From: an uncultured delta proteobacterium
Lineage (GTDB): Bacteria > Desulfobacterota > Binatia > UBA9968
Assembly (NCBI GenBank): GCA_963755715.1
Contig: CAVWLW010000024.1
Coordinates: forward strand, 1-64,000
Length of the DNA: 64,000 bases
Reading direction: 5' to 3'
In this document: piece after piece, positions 9,972-18,942 of the stretch
How positions within the stretch are numbered: position 1 is the stretch's first letter
Layout: each line of letters opens with the position of its first letter
Notes under the pieces: generated by a model
The model's database searches: none
What the model was told of the DNA's origin: nothing
Seen by the model: only the letters and a program-made list of their open reading frames with translations
Made by a program: the position numbers and the translations under genes

Positions 9972-11478
9972 TAGAGTGGCTACCTCGCATTGTTGCTCGT
10001 GTACCGACCACAGTTCACACCAAACTTCTAGTCGCCTTCCTGACCCTCGTTGTACTGCTCATTACGGTGGGGCTCGTTGGGCTTCAGGTGTTGACCGGAG
10101 TCAACAGTCGTGTTGAGGACATGGTGAAGCTGCAGAGGAAAATCACCGCCTACCGTCAACTCCAGCACGATACCACCGCCCAGCTTTACAACGTTACGTC
10201 CGCCCTTTTGGTCCCGGAGAACAGACGCTCGCGGAGACTCTGCGCCAGCTTAACCAGTTTGGCTACGATCTCGACCGGCTGCAGTTTGTTGCCAAGGACG
10301 AAGTAGAGTTGTTCGATGAGGTGCAGAAGGACTACGACCGGTTTATTAAGATCGTCACCAAAGTCGTCGAGTTAATCCGCGCCGGAAAGGCTGCCGAGGG
10401 GCGCGAGCTTCAACTCGCGCAGGCCAGTCCCCTGGCTGACCGCCTGGAGCGCCTCACAAACCAACTTGTCAATCGAGCCGCAGCTGACATGGTGACGAGA
10501 ACCGAGACAAGCGAAACCGCCTATTTGACCTCACGACGGGTCGTTATCGGCTTCGCAGTCGGGAGTATCGGCCTAGCCCTCATCCTCGGCTACACCTTTT
10601 CTTGGTCGCTAATCGGGCCGGTTAGGGAGATGAACTCGCGGCTCAAGCAGATCGCCGCAGGTGATTTTTCCCAGCATGTCGAGGTTCCGAACCAAGACGA
10701 ATTGGGGACCTTAGCGGCTAACCTCAATCGGATGAACGATGAACTCGGACGGCTCTATCAGCAGCTCGAGACCGCCAATCACCACAAATCGCGGTTCCTT
10801 GCCAACGTAAACCATGAACTTCGCACGCCGCTGAGCGCGATCATCGGCTACGCCAACTTGCTTCTGCGCCAAACCCAAGGCCAGCTTTCGCCATTGCAAA
10901 CGGAAAATCTTCAAGATTTGCTCAATAACGCTATGCGCCAGCTCAACCTCATCGATAGTCTTCTCGATTTCGCCAAGATCGAAGCGGGCAAGATGGAGAT
11001 TCTAGTCGAGCCGGTAATAATCGAGAAGGTGATTCAAGGCGCGGCCGCCATGGTCGAACCTATGTTGGACAAGGACTGCGTGAGTCTGATCCGTGATATC
11101 CCGTCGAATCTTGCCCCGCTTCACACCGATCGTGAAAAACTGAGGCAGATCATTCTCAACTTGTTGGGCAACGCGGTAAAGTTTACCGATCGCGGCGAGA
11201 TCAGAATCTCGGCCTGCCAGGAAAACGGTGATTTCAAGTTGACGGTTACCGATACCGGGATCGGCATCGAACGGGCGGACGTGAATCGAATCTTCGATGA
11301 ATTCGACCGCGGACGATTGTCGGGCGATGGGTGCTATCGCGGCACGGGCTTGGGGCTCGCCATCGTGAAAAAGCTAGTCGATGTTTTAGGTGGTTCGATT
11401 GCTGTCGAAAGTGAAATGGGGACGGGGTCGACGTTTACAGTGACGCTTCCGCTCAAGCCGCGCGACACGTCCGTATAG
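9968..11478 (+). CDS. Sensor histidine kinase (TM-four-helix sensor-TM-HAMP-HisKA-HATPase), one frameshift near 10220
   Basis: ORFs 9968..10306 and 10309..11478; FLANVNHELRTPL, NLLGNAVKFT and GTGLGL. Confidence 0.9.
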
Positions 11479-11481
11479 ATT

Positions 11482-12825
11482 ATGAGCGAGAAAATTTTGA
11501 TCGCCGACGACGAGCCGTCCAATAGAAAAATCCTTGAACAAGAGCTCGTTCATAAAGGATTTGCCGTCGATACGGCGCGCGGCGGCAAAGAAGCGTTAGC
11601 GAAGATCGAATCCGCTCCGCCTGATTTGGTCATCCTCGACTACATGATGCCGGATCTAAGCGGTCTCGAAGTGCTTAAGGAGATTCGCAATAAAGGCAAC
11701 GACACGCCGGTGATCCTGATAACCGCCTACGGTTCCGTCGAGCGCGCCGTCGAGGTCATGAAGGCTGGGGCTTACGATTTCATCACCAGGCCTTTCGATC
11801 CTGATTATATCGAGCTGGTCGTCCGCAAGGCCATCGAGCGGCAAACGCTGAAGCGGGAAGTCGAAGTTCTCGCGGAAGAAAGTCGCGATCGGTATCATCT
11901 GATCGTCGGCGAGAGTCGGAGGATGAAAGTTGCGGTGGAGACGGCCAGGAAAGCCGCTGCGAGCAATGCCACCGTATTGCTTCTGGGAGAGAGCGGCACG
12001 GGCAAAGAGCTGTTCGCCCGGTTCATCCATAATCAAAGCGAACGAGCGGATCGACCGTTTATCGCGATCAACTCCGTCGGTCTATCGAAGGAGCTGCTGG
12101 AAAGCGACTTATTCGGACACGAGCAGGGCGCGTTCACCGGCGCCCACAAAATGAAGAAAGGCAAGATCGAGCTGGCGAACGGCGGCACGATTTTTTTTGA
12201 CGAGATCGGCGATATCTCGCGGGAGATGCAGGCCAAGCTTTTGCGGTTTCTTCAGGAGCGCGAATTCGAACGGGTCGGCGGCGTTACGCCGATATCAGTC
12301 GATGTGAGAGTGATCGCGGCGACCAATCGTGATCTCGGCGCGGCGGTCAAGAGCGGTGCTTTTCGCGACGATCTTTATCATCGGCTCAATGTCGTGGCGA
12401 TCACTCCGCCACCGCTGAGAGAGCGCAAGGAAGATATTCCCATGCTGGCAGAATATTTTCTTCGAAAGTTTTCAGCCGCCGCGCGCCGCAAGATCATTCA
12501 AATCAGCGACGAAGCTCTGAGCAAGATGACGGCTTACGATTGGCCAGGCAACGTCCGTGAATTGGCCAACGCGATCGAGTATGCCGTGGTGCTCGGCTCA
12601 GGCGCGGTGATTGAGCCGGCCGATCTGCCCTCACATTTTTTCGGCGAAATATCTCTAAAACGCGCTGAAGGGTTATCCTATCGCGATGGTGTAAACGCCG
12701 CGCGCAAAGAAATGGTTGTTAAAGCTCTGCGTAAGACGGATGGGAATCGTGCCGCAGCGGCTCGACTGCTCGGCCTTGAAACAAAATACTTCCTGCGGCT
12801 GATGAAATCGCTGCAAATCGAATAA
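11482..12825 (+). CDS. Sigma-54-dependent NtrC/AtoC-family response regulator (REC-AAA+-HTH)
   Basis: ILIADDE and LVILDYMMP in the receiver; [20 protein letters not shown] and WPGNVREL in the AAA+ domain; C-terminal [14 protein letters not shown]. Confidence 0.96.
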   Translation: MSEKILIADDEPSNRKILEQELVHKGFAVDTARGGKEALAKIESAPPDLVILDYMMPDLSGLEVLKEIRNKGNDTPVILITAYGSVERAVEVMKAGAYDFITRPFDPDYIELVVRKAIERQTLKREVEVLAEESRDRYHLIVGESRRMKVAVETARKAAASNATVLLLGESGTGKELFARFIHNQSERADRPFIAINSVGLSKELLESDLFGHEQGAFTGAHKMKKGKIELANGGTIFFDEIGDISREMQAKLLRFLQEREFERVGGVTPISVDVRVIAATNRDLGAAVKSGAFRDDLYHRLNVVAITPPPLRERKEDIPMLAEYFLRKFSAAARRKIIQISDEALSKMTAYDWPGNVRELANAIEYAVVLGSGAVIEPADLPSHFFGEISLKRAEGLSYRDGVNAARKEMVVKALRKTDGNRAAAARLLGLETKYFLRLMKSLQIE

Positions 12826-12834
12826 TCCGGATCT

Positions 12835-12856
12835 TTAAACCCGTGCTCGCGATACC
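12835..12856. repeat. 22-bp direct repeat, copy 1 (copy 2 at 15537-15558)
   Basis: TTAAACCCGTGCTCGCGATACC versus TTAAACCCGTGCTCGCGGTACC (21/22 identical). Confidence 0.6.
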
Positions 12857-12899
12857 CCCAGCGAGGTGGAGAGGGCCGTCACCTGGCGGTCCTCATCAC

Positions 12900-13023
12900 T
12901 GCAATCTCACCGGCCACGGTTTGAAGCAGCCCGAGGCGATTCAATTCTCGAGAGAAGCAATTCGCGCCGATCGCGCCCACGCTGGCCGCGCTGCGCGAAC
13001 AGGTAAATCGCACAGCAAGTTAA
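12900..13023 (+). pseudogene. thrC: 3'-terminal fragment of a threonine synthase-like gene
   Basis: CNLTGHGLKQPEAI matches the ThrC C-terminal TGHGLK motif, then (frame slip) FAPIAPTLAALREQVNRTAS*. No upstream body of the gene is present. Confidence 0.6.
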
Positions 13024-13206
13024 TACTCACCGTAAACGCGTACCCGCTGTAACGGCTCGCGGTTCTCATATTCCATCTTTTCTCCTTGTCACAGACTCGC
13101 CTAATCCATAGAATCCTGCGGAAGCGATTGAATTCTAACTGAAGTGTATGGAGCCGGGCTGGTGAACGTTAATTTAGGAGAGGAAGCCCGAAAAATCTTG
13201 AGATCG

Positions 13207-13244
13207 TGACCTCGGATGTCAAAACGGTATGACCTGATCTGTCA
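13207..13244. promoter_or_regulatory. Two TGAC-N7-GTCA palindromic operator-like sites
   Basis: TGACCTCGGATGTCA (13207-13221) and TGACCTGATCTGTCA (13230-13244). Confidence 0.5.
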
Positions 13245-13268
13245 CGCTTCTATGTCAAAAACATTCTA

Positions 13269-13439
13269 ATGTCCAAAGATTCGCCGGCCTCGATTCCTAT
13301 AGCCCATGTCTCTGAAGACGGGCGAATTCATCACCTGATCGACCATCTGAGAGAGGTCGGCAGGCTTGCTGGACTGGGATGCGAAATAGTCACCAAATGC
13401 GTTAGGAGGATAGTCAAAGATGCCAACTATATGCTGTAG
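13269..13439 (+). pseudogene. cas3: N-terminal fragment resembling the Cas3 HD-nuclease start
   Basis: 56-aa ORF, absent from the track: MSKDSPASIPIAHVSEDGRIHHLIDHLREVGRLAG... The AH..DGR.H.L.DHL..V..LA pattern is typical of type I Cas3 N-termini; similarity is lost after about 35 aa. Confidence 0.5.
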
Positions 13440-13905
13440 CTGGGATAGAAGGATCAACAATGCACAACGACGGTTCAAACTGCTAAGCGACTTCAGCGAC
13501 AAAGCCGTACTGGACAGAGAGACTGGCTTGGTGTGGGAGCGCCAGCCAAGTAACCAAACGTTTGCGTGGCCTAACGCCCGCCTATTCTGTGCTCAGAAGG
13601 CAGTGGGAGAACGTGGCGGTTGGCGGCTTCCTGCGTTCAACGAGCTGGCTAGTTTAGTAGATCCCACTATTACGGATCCTGGTGTGCCGAGGGTTCAAGC
13701 AGGTCACCCATTTCTGAATGTGCAACCCGGTATGTATTGGACGGCCACGCTCTTTGCGGAACAACCGGGCTTCGCAATGGCGGTAAATTTTTTGTTCGTG
13801 GCTGGCAGCGATGCACCTATCGGCGTGACGGACGCAAATGTAGCAGGAGGTCTATACCACGTTTGGGCAGTGCGGGGCGGCTCTCCTGGTCTGGATAGCT
13901 ACTAG
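13420..13905 (+). CDS. DUF1566 (Lcl C-terminal-like) domain protein
   Basis: VLDRETGLVWE, GGWRLPAFNELASL, YWTAT and VWAVRGG; RBS AGGAGG. Confidence 0.88.
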   Translation: MPTICCSWDRRINNAQRRFKLLSDFSDKAVLDRETGLVWERQPSNQTFAWPNARLFCAQKAVGERGGWRLPAFNELASLVDPTITDPGVPRVQAGHPFLNVQPGMYWTATLFAEQPGFAMAVNFLFVAGSDAPIGVTDANVAGGLYHVWAVRGGSPGLDSY

Positions 13906-13957
13906 CAATCCTGCGACTGCAAACTCGCCGTAATATTCGTGATGAGTCTTGTCCAAT

Positions 13958-15271
13958 TCAGGGGGCTGTCCTGAAAAATCTTAAAGCGTATTCTTTATTC
14001 TCCGGGTACCAGAGATTTCCAACATGCCCACCATAGGGATAAAGCATCACTTGATCGCCCAAGGCCGCTTTGAGCGCTTCGATGGTTTTTCTATTGGCTA
14101 AAAAATCATCGGCGTTATGCATGATATGGACTTTCGGATTGCTACGGAGCCGTTCCAGGATCTGGCCCAAGGAACCTCGCTCGATGAAGCTTTCCATGTC
14201 GGCTTGGGGCTCCGCGATTTGGCGTCGCCATAACGGCAGGCCGATCTTTTCATTGTAATCAGTCAACGTTAAACCCTTGGCTTCCTGAAGGCGTTTTCGC
14301 ATGTCGTCTTTGGGCGCGGTGAGGACGTTTTGGTCGTGCATCGCTTGCGTGACGGAGATCAGTTCGGGAAGCTGGATTTGCAAATTTTCCGCGACGAGAA
14401 ACTGGAGCTCTTCGGTGGTGAAGCCGGCGAACTTCTTCGCCAGTCGGTCAAAGACCGCAGGGTCGTCCAGCTTTGCGTCGGAAAAGGATTCGACGATGGT
14501 GATCGCCTTGCCAATGATCTCGTTGGATTTGTCCAGGCCGAATTTTTTCCGCCAGTCATCCCACTCATCGAGTTTCTTGACCGCGTAGGCTAGCTCGACG
14601 GGCGGATTGATCAGCAGATATTTCGCGATGCCGATCTTGCGCTCTGTGGCATCGATGACGCTTAGGTAGGCGCCTTCCAGGGCGCCCAGGCTCACCCCTA
14701 TGAAGTTAATTCCCGTCGCCTCGATGCCATGTTGATCTTTCAAGAACGAAAGAGACTTTTGCATGGCTTCATAGAGATCGCGGGCATCTTCGGGAACGTA
14801 ACCCGGAGCGCCGCTCCGGCTTGCAGCTAATGCAAAGTTCCAGCTCATCGGCGAGGGCAGGATGACGATATGGAAACCCGCGGCAGAGAAGAGGCTGGCT
14901 AAATAGGGGCCGATGCCGAAATACGGATTCGACCCGACACCGGCGACAATGAAAATCAACGGCGCCGGACCGCTTTGGCGGTAGAGGGACATGCTCAGGT
15001 TGCCGCGTCCTTCGAGAGAGGGCAGCCGATTTCTGCCGGCCAGCCCGGGCAAATGAACCGTCTGCGATTTGACCCTGGTGGTGGCGCCGTCGTCACCCAA
15101 GATGGCGGTGGTGGCGGTGGCTAAATAGGGATCGTGGTATGGATATTTGTATTCCGCAGCCTCGATCAGATGGGTTGAGAGGCACAGCGACGCGGTGAGT
15201 ACCGCCACGGCAAGATGAAAGTGCATATGAAGAGCTCCTGTTGATTGCCTCGGTTGAAACTCGTGCTCCAT
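13958..15271 (-). CDS. Secreted alpha/beta-hydrolase-fold protein
   Basis: Signal peptide, nucleophile elbow GVSLG, HNADDFL and YGGHVGN. The start may be the internal Met (MHFHLAV). Confidence 0.8.
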   Translation of the reverse strand: MEHEFQPRQSTGALHMHFHLAVAVLTASLCLSTHLIEAAEYKYPYHDPYLATATTAILGDDGATTRVKSQTVHLPGLAGRNRLPSLEGRGNLSMSLYRQSGPAPLIFIVAGVGSNPYFGIGPYLASLFSAAGFHIVILPSPMSWNFALAASRSGAPGYVPEDARDLYEAMQKSLSFLKDQHGIEATGINFIGVSLGALEGAYLSVIDATERKIGIAKYLLINPPVELAYAVKKLDEWDDWRKKFGLDKSNEIIGKAITIVESFSDAKLDDPAVFDRLAKKFAGFTTEELQFLVAENLQIQLPELISVTQAMHDQNVLTAPKDDMRKRLQEAKGLTLTDYNEKIGLPLWRRQIAEPQADMESFIERGSLGQILERLRSNPKVHIMHNADDFLANRKTIEALKAALGDQVMLYPYGGHVGNLWYPENKEYALRFFRTAP

Positions 15272-15529
15272 GGTTCATTGGGGCAGCCGCATTCTCCTAT
15301 CAATGCTAAAACTTTTGCCTCTTCGGCGCTACGTCACTTTATTTTTTAAACTAACTTCTGCTGCCGTAGGGCTGCTATGGAAGGCTTGTGCGAGCGGCAC
15401 AAGTCGAAACGCCTTTTGACAATCATCACGAAGGATCGCACTGCAGATGCAGTGGATTGTCGGTAGTGCGAAGGGAAACGGGGGATGCTGAGGATATCTT
15501 AACGATTCGTGCGAACAAATTGGGAATTT

Positions 15530-16496
15530 CTACACCTTAAACCCGTGCTCGCGGTACCATTTCTCCGCGCCTGGATGGAGCGGGACGTCGCGCGGCGTGG
15601 CGTCGGTGTTTTCGCCGAGCTGGCCGACGCCGGTGTAAGAATCTTCCCAAAACATCTGGTCTTTGCGCGCGGCGATGGCGTCGCAGATTTTATAGGCGTC
15701 GTCGTCGGGTAGGGACGCGCGGGTGTAGATCGGCCAACCGCTGTAGTCGATGCACGTGTGCTCTGTTTTAAGACTCTTGTAGCGGCCGGGCTTGATCGTG
15801 TATTTGCGCCAGCCGAGATCGTCGACCAGATACTTGAAAGCGAAATCATCGAGCGTCACAGGTTGCATGCCTGAGTCGAGCGCTGCGTTGAACCACAGCA
15901 CCAGCCCTTCGTCGAAGATCGCGTCGATTGTGCCTTCGCGGATTGCCTTCATGCGCCGCTCGTCGCCGGGGCCGCCGTTGAGCTGCAAGCTGCCGCCCCA
16001 GGACTCGATGTCTTTGACGAGTCATGCCGTAAGCGGCGAGGGTTTGATCGACGAGCACGCGTGTCGAATGTGTGGCGTCTTCGCGGATAGATAAGCGCAG
16101 CGGATACTTCTTCTCTTTGATCTCGGCCAGGGATTTGAGTCCCGTGCGCGGATGAATCAAATAAACGAAATGATCGAGGGAAGGATAGACGGCGACGATG
16201 CGCACCGGTAATTTTTCGGAAAATATTCCGGTGCCGCGATAGGCTTGCGTGAGCAGTCCGGATGGATTGATCATTGCGGCTTCCAGCTCATTTCGGCAAA
16301 CGGCATGGGCCAGGATCGGCGAGCCCGTGGACATGCGCAGCCAGGGCTTGAAAGTTTCATTCGAGCCGCTGCCGACGGCGATGCACATGTCGCGCGGGCC
16401 GTAGTAAGGTGTGTTCGGATTACCCGCGATGTGCAGGCCAATTTCCCATAGCATCAAGGCTCGTTGAAAGTTTGCGCCGCGGGGAAGAGGTTCCAT
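15530..16496 (-). CDS. TAXI-family/NMT1-like solute-binding-fold protein without signal peptide (frameshifted)
   Basis: ORFs 15846..16496 and 15530..15988 join; IDAIFDEG, DYSGWP and DVPLHPGAEKWYRE. Paralog of the gene at 60875. Confidence 0.8.
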
Positions 16497-16587
16497 GATT
16501 GCTCTCCAATCACTTTGATTGGTGCCGCTACCTTACGGATCTCGCAGTGTTCCTGTCAATAGTTATCGTGATTCATGTATAGGATGT

Positions 16588-16710
16588 GCACCACGAAGGC
16601 ACGAAGGACACGAAGGTTTCCGTAAAATGCGCTTCGCGCACCGATCGGTCCGTTCGCATGACACGCTCTTTGAGCCTTTGCGCGATAATTCTTCCTTCGT
16701 GTCCTTCGTA
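16588..16710. repeat. Imperfect palindrome of ~9-nt units (CACGAAGGA ... TCCTTCGTG)
   Basis: ccacgaaggcacgaaggacacgaagg ... ccttcgtgtccttcgt. Confidence 0.75.
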
Positions 16711-16787
16711 TTACTATAGTTAAAAGTTTACGCAGCTCTGCGAAAATTTTCGAGCCATATTACCTACGAAGGCTCACGGAAAATAGC

Positions 16788-16920
16788 TACACGAAGTTAC
16801 GAAGGACACGAAGAGTTTCGATATCAAATCTCCGAACTTCGTGACCTTCGTGTCCTTCGTGGTGAACATTTCCTTTTCTATTTGGTTGCGGCTCTGCCGC
16901 GCTGGGATCTTCGTGGTAAA
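16788..16920. repeat. Second ~9-nt-unit palindrome followed by a small GC hairpin
   Basis: cacgaagttacgaaggacacgaag ... cttcgtgaccttcgtgtccttcgtggtg, then tttggttgcggctctgccgcgc and cttcgtggt. Confidence 0.75.
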
Positions 16921-16943
16921 AGTTTCTTATAGGGTAGCTCATC

Positions 16944-17342
16944 ATGCCATTCGACGCGCAAGCGATTTTTGCCAACCTGGCGGAGAAAGAACAAATCAAA
17001 GGCCATCACTCACCCGAGGGCCGGGCGATTCGCACGCTAAGCCGGGCTCTGAGCGGTTGGTCGAGCGGGAGTTTGACCCATCACGACGTTGTGGTGCTCT
17101 GCGATCAGGCCGTCGAAGATTGGCTCAAGGCGCGCTTGAAGCGCTCGCCGTGGTCGATTCAACCCGTGCCCGCGCTTGTGCCCGCCGCGGTCGACAATCA
17201 TTGGATTACGCAAACGGACGCCGATCGATTGCTTGATCTCCACAATTCGCGCGCACGCTCCCACGGACCGGGAGAAATTTCGACGCAACAAGTCGAAGCC
17301 GCTCTTGAGTTTTGCATCGAGCTGATAGACAAGCATTGGTAG
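16944..17342 (+). CDS. Hypothetical helical protein, HEPN-like
   Basis: 132-aa ORF with CDQAVEDWLKARL and LHNSRARSH...VEAALEFCIELI, resembling HEPN architecture. Confidence 0.55.
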   Translation: MPFDAQAIFANLAEKEQIKGHHSPEGRAIRTLSRALSGWSSGSLTHHDVVVLCDQAVEDWLKARLKRSPWSIQPVPALVPAAVDNHWITQTDADRLLDLHNSRARSHGPGEISTQQVEAALEFCIELIDKHW

Positions 17343-17426
17343 AGCGAAGAAATTGAATCCGGCGGCTACCTGCGCGACGCGCTCGGCCGATGGCGAATCT
17401 CTTCCCGCGGTTAGACCCAACAACGC

Positions 17427-18851
17427 ATGGATCCTCGCGCCAACTGGTTGCTGCTTGCCAACGCGGCCCTCGGGAATTTTCTCGCCGGCACCGCCAGCCG
17501 GATCTTTGCTGTTTCGCTGCCGACGGTCGCCGCGAGTTTGGATACGACGATTGTCGGCATCGCCTGGGCGGTGATCGCGTATCAGATCTCACAGATCAGC
17601 TTGTCGCTGATCTTCGGGCGGATCGGCGATATTTACGGACGACACACGCTTTTTGGCCTCGGCTTGGTTGTGTCTTCTATTGGCGCGCTGCTTTGCGGCC
17701 TTTCGCAGAACGTCACTCAATTGATCCTCTTTCGGATGTTCCAAGGCGTGGGCGCGTCAATGACTCAATCGCAGGGACGCGCGTTGGCGATGGAAGCTTT
17801 GCCCAAAGAATCGTCGGGACGGGCACAGGGTTTTATGACCACGGCATTTCATTCCGGCGTATTGCTCGGACCGAGCGCTGGGGGGCTGATCATCGACTAC
17901 ATCCACTGGCGCGCGGTGTTCTTCTTTCTGATTCCGATCGGCCTCGCCGGCATTGTCCTGACACTGATCAATTACTGGAAAGGCAATGTGCCGCGGCGCT
18001 CGGTTTCCTCTGAATCAAAAGGCGCAATCGATTACCTTGGCGCTTTGCTGCTGATCGCGGCAACGCTGACGCTTATTTCGGCCATCGATTATCGCATCAT
18101 GGAATCGCTCGCGCCGCCGGTGCGCATCGCGCTCATCGTTGGCTTTGTCTTGTGTTTCGTTGGATTTATTTATCGCGAATATACCACCGCCAGCCCGATC
18201 CTGGATCTGTCGTTATTTCGCATTCGCATGTTCACGCTGAGCGCGCTGGCATTGTTGCTGGTGGGCGTGTCTCAGGTGATGATCGGCTTCCTACTGCCGT
18301 TTTATCTCCAGGACGTCTTGCATCTGAAGCCGACGTTCATCGGGCTATTATTTGTCAGCGCGCCTATTTTTACCGTGACGCTCTCGCCGCTCGTGGGTTG
18401 GGCGGTGGACAAAATGGGTCCGCGCGTGCCGGCGACAGCCGGCATTGCATTCTTGGCCGCGGCGGGGTTTTTTGGATCGTTCCTGCGCCCGGACTCGCAC
18501 TGGACCGTGGCGGTGTGCGTGCTTGCCTTGTGGGGATTGGCGACGGCGTTATTTTTTACTTCGAATCATACGGCGATGATCGGTTCCGTGCCCGACCGGC
18601 ATCGCGGCGTCGCCACCGGCGCGATCTACGTTATCTTCGGCTTGGGTACGACGTTTGGCGTTTCATTGGGCACGCTTTTACTGACAGCGGCCTTTCGTTA
18701 TTACAGCGGCGATCCTACGGCCACGCCGTCGCCAACGAATCCGGTGGTTTTTGTTCAATCGATGAATTTTAGCTTCGTGCTCGGCGGCTTTATGGCGCTT
18801 GCGGCGATGTCATGTTCGGCAATGCGCGGGAAGAGAGCGGTTGTTCCATAG
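17427..18851 (+). CDS. MFS transporter, DHA2 (EmrB/QacA)-like
   Basis: About 14 TM segments; GRIGDIYGR, FRMFQGVG, GPSAGGLI and PILDLSLF. Confidence 0.92.
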   Translation: MDPRANWLLLANAALGNFLAGTASRIFAVSLPTVAASLDTTIVGIAWAVIAYQISQISLSLIFGRIGDIYGRHTLFGLGLVVSSIGALLCGLSQNVTQLILFRMFQGVGASMTQSQGRALAMEALPKESSGRAQGFMTTAFHSGVLLGPSAGGLIIDYIHWRAVFFFLIPIGLAGIVLTLINYWKGNVPRRSVSSESKGAIDYLGALLLIAATLTLISAIDYRIMESLAPPVRIALIVGFVLCFVGFIYREYTTASPILDLSLFRIRMFTLSALALLLVGVSQVMIGFLLPFYLQDVLHLKPTFIGLLFVSAPIFTVTLSPLVGWAVDKMGPRVPATAGIAFLAAAGFFGSFLRPDSHWTVAVCVLALWGLATALFFTSNHTAMIGSVPDRHRGVATGAIYVIFGLGTTFGVSLGTLLLTAAFRYYSGDPTATPSPTNPVVFVQSMNFSFVLGGFMALAAMSCSAMRGKRAVVP

Positions 18852-18942
18852 AGGATATCGCATCTCTACAGAAACTTTGATACCTTGCATGTTCGTTTGT
18901 TTCCATTTTATCGTTTAGCGAATAGCGGGAAAGGATTAACCT

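Noticed and set aside
16588-16920. CACGAAG repeats as a CRISPR array
   Set aside because: The units are about 9 nt, degenerate and inverted, with no constant 23-47-nt repeats separated by unique spacers.
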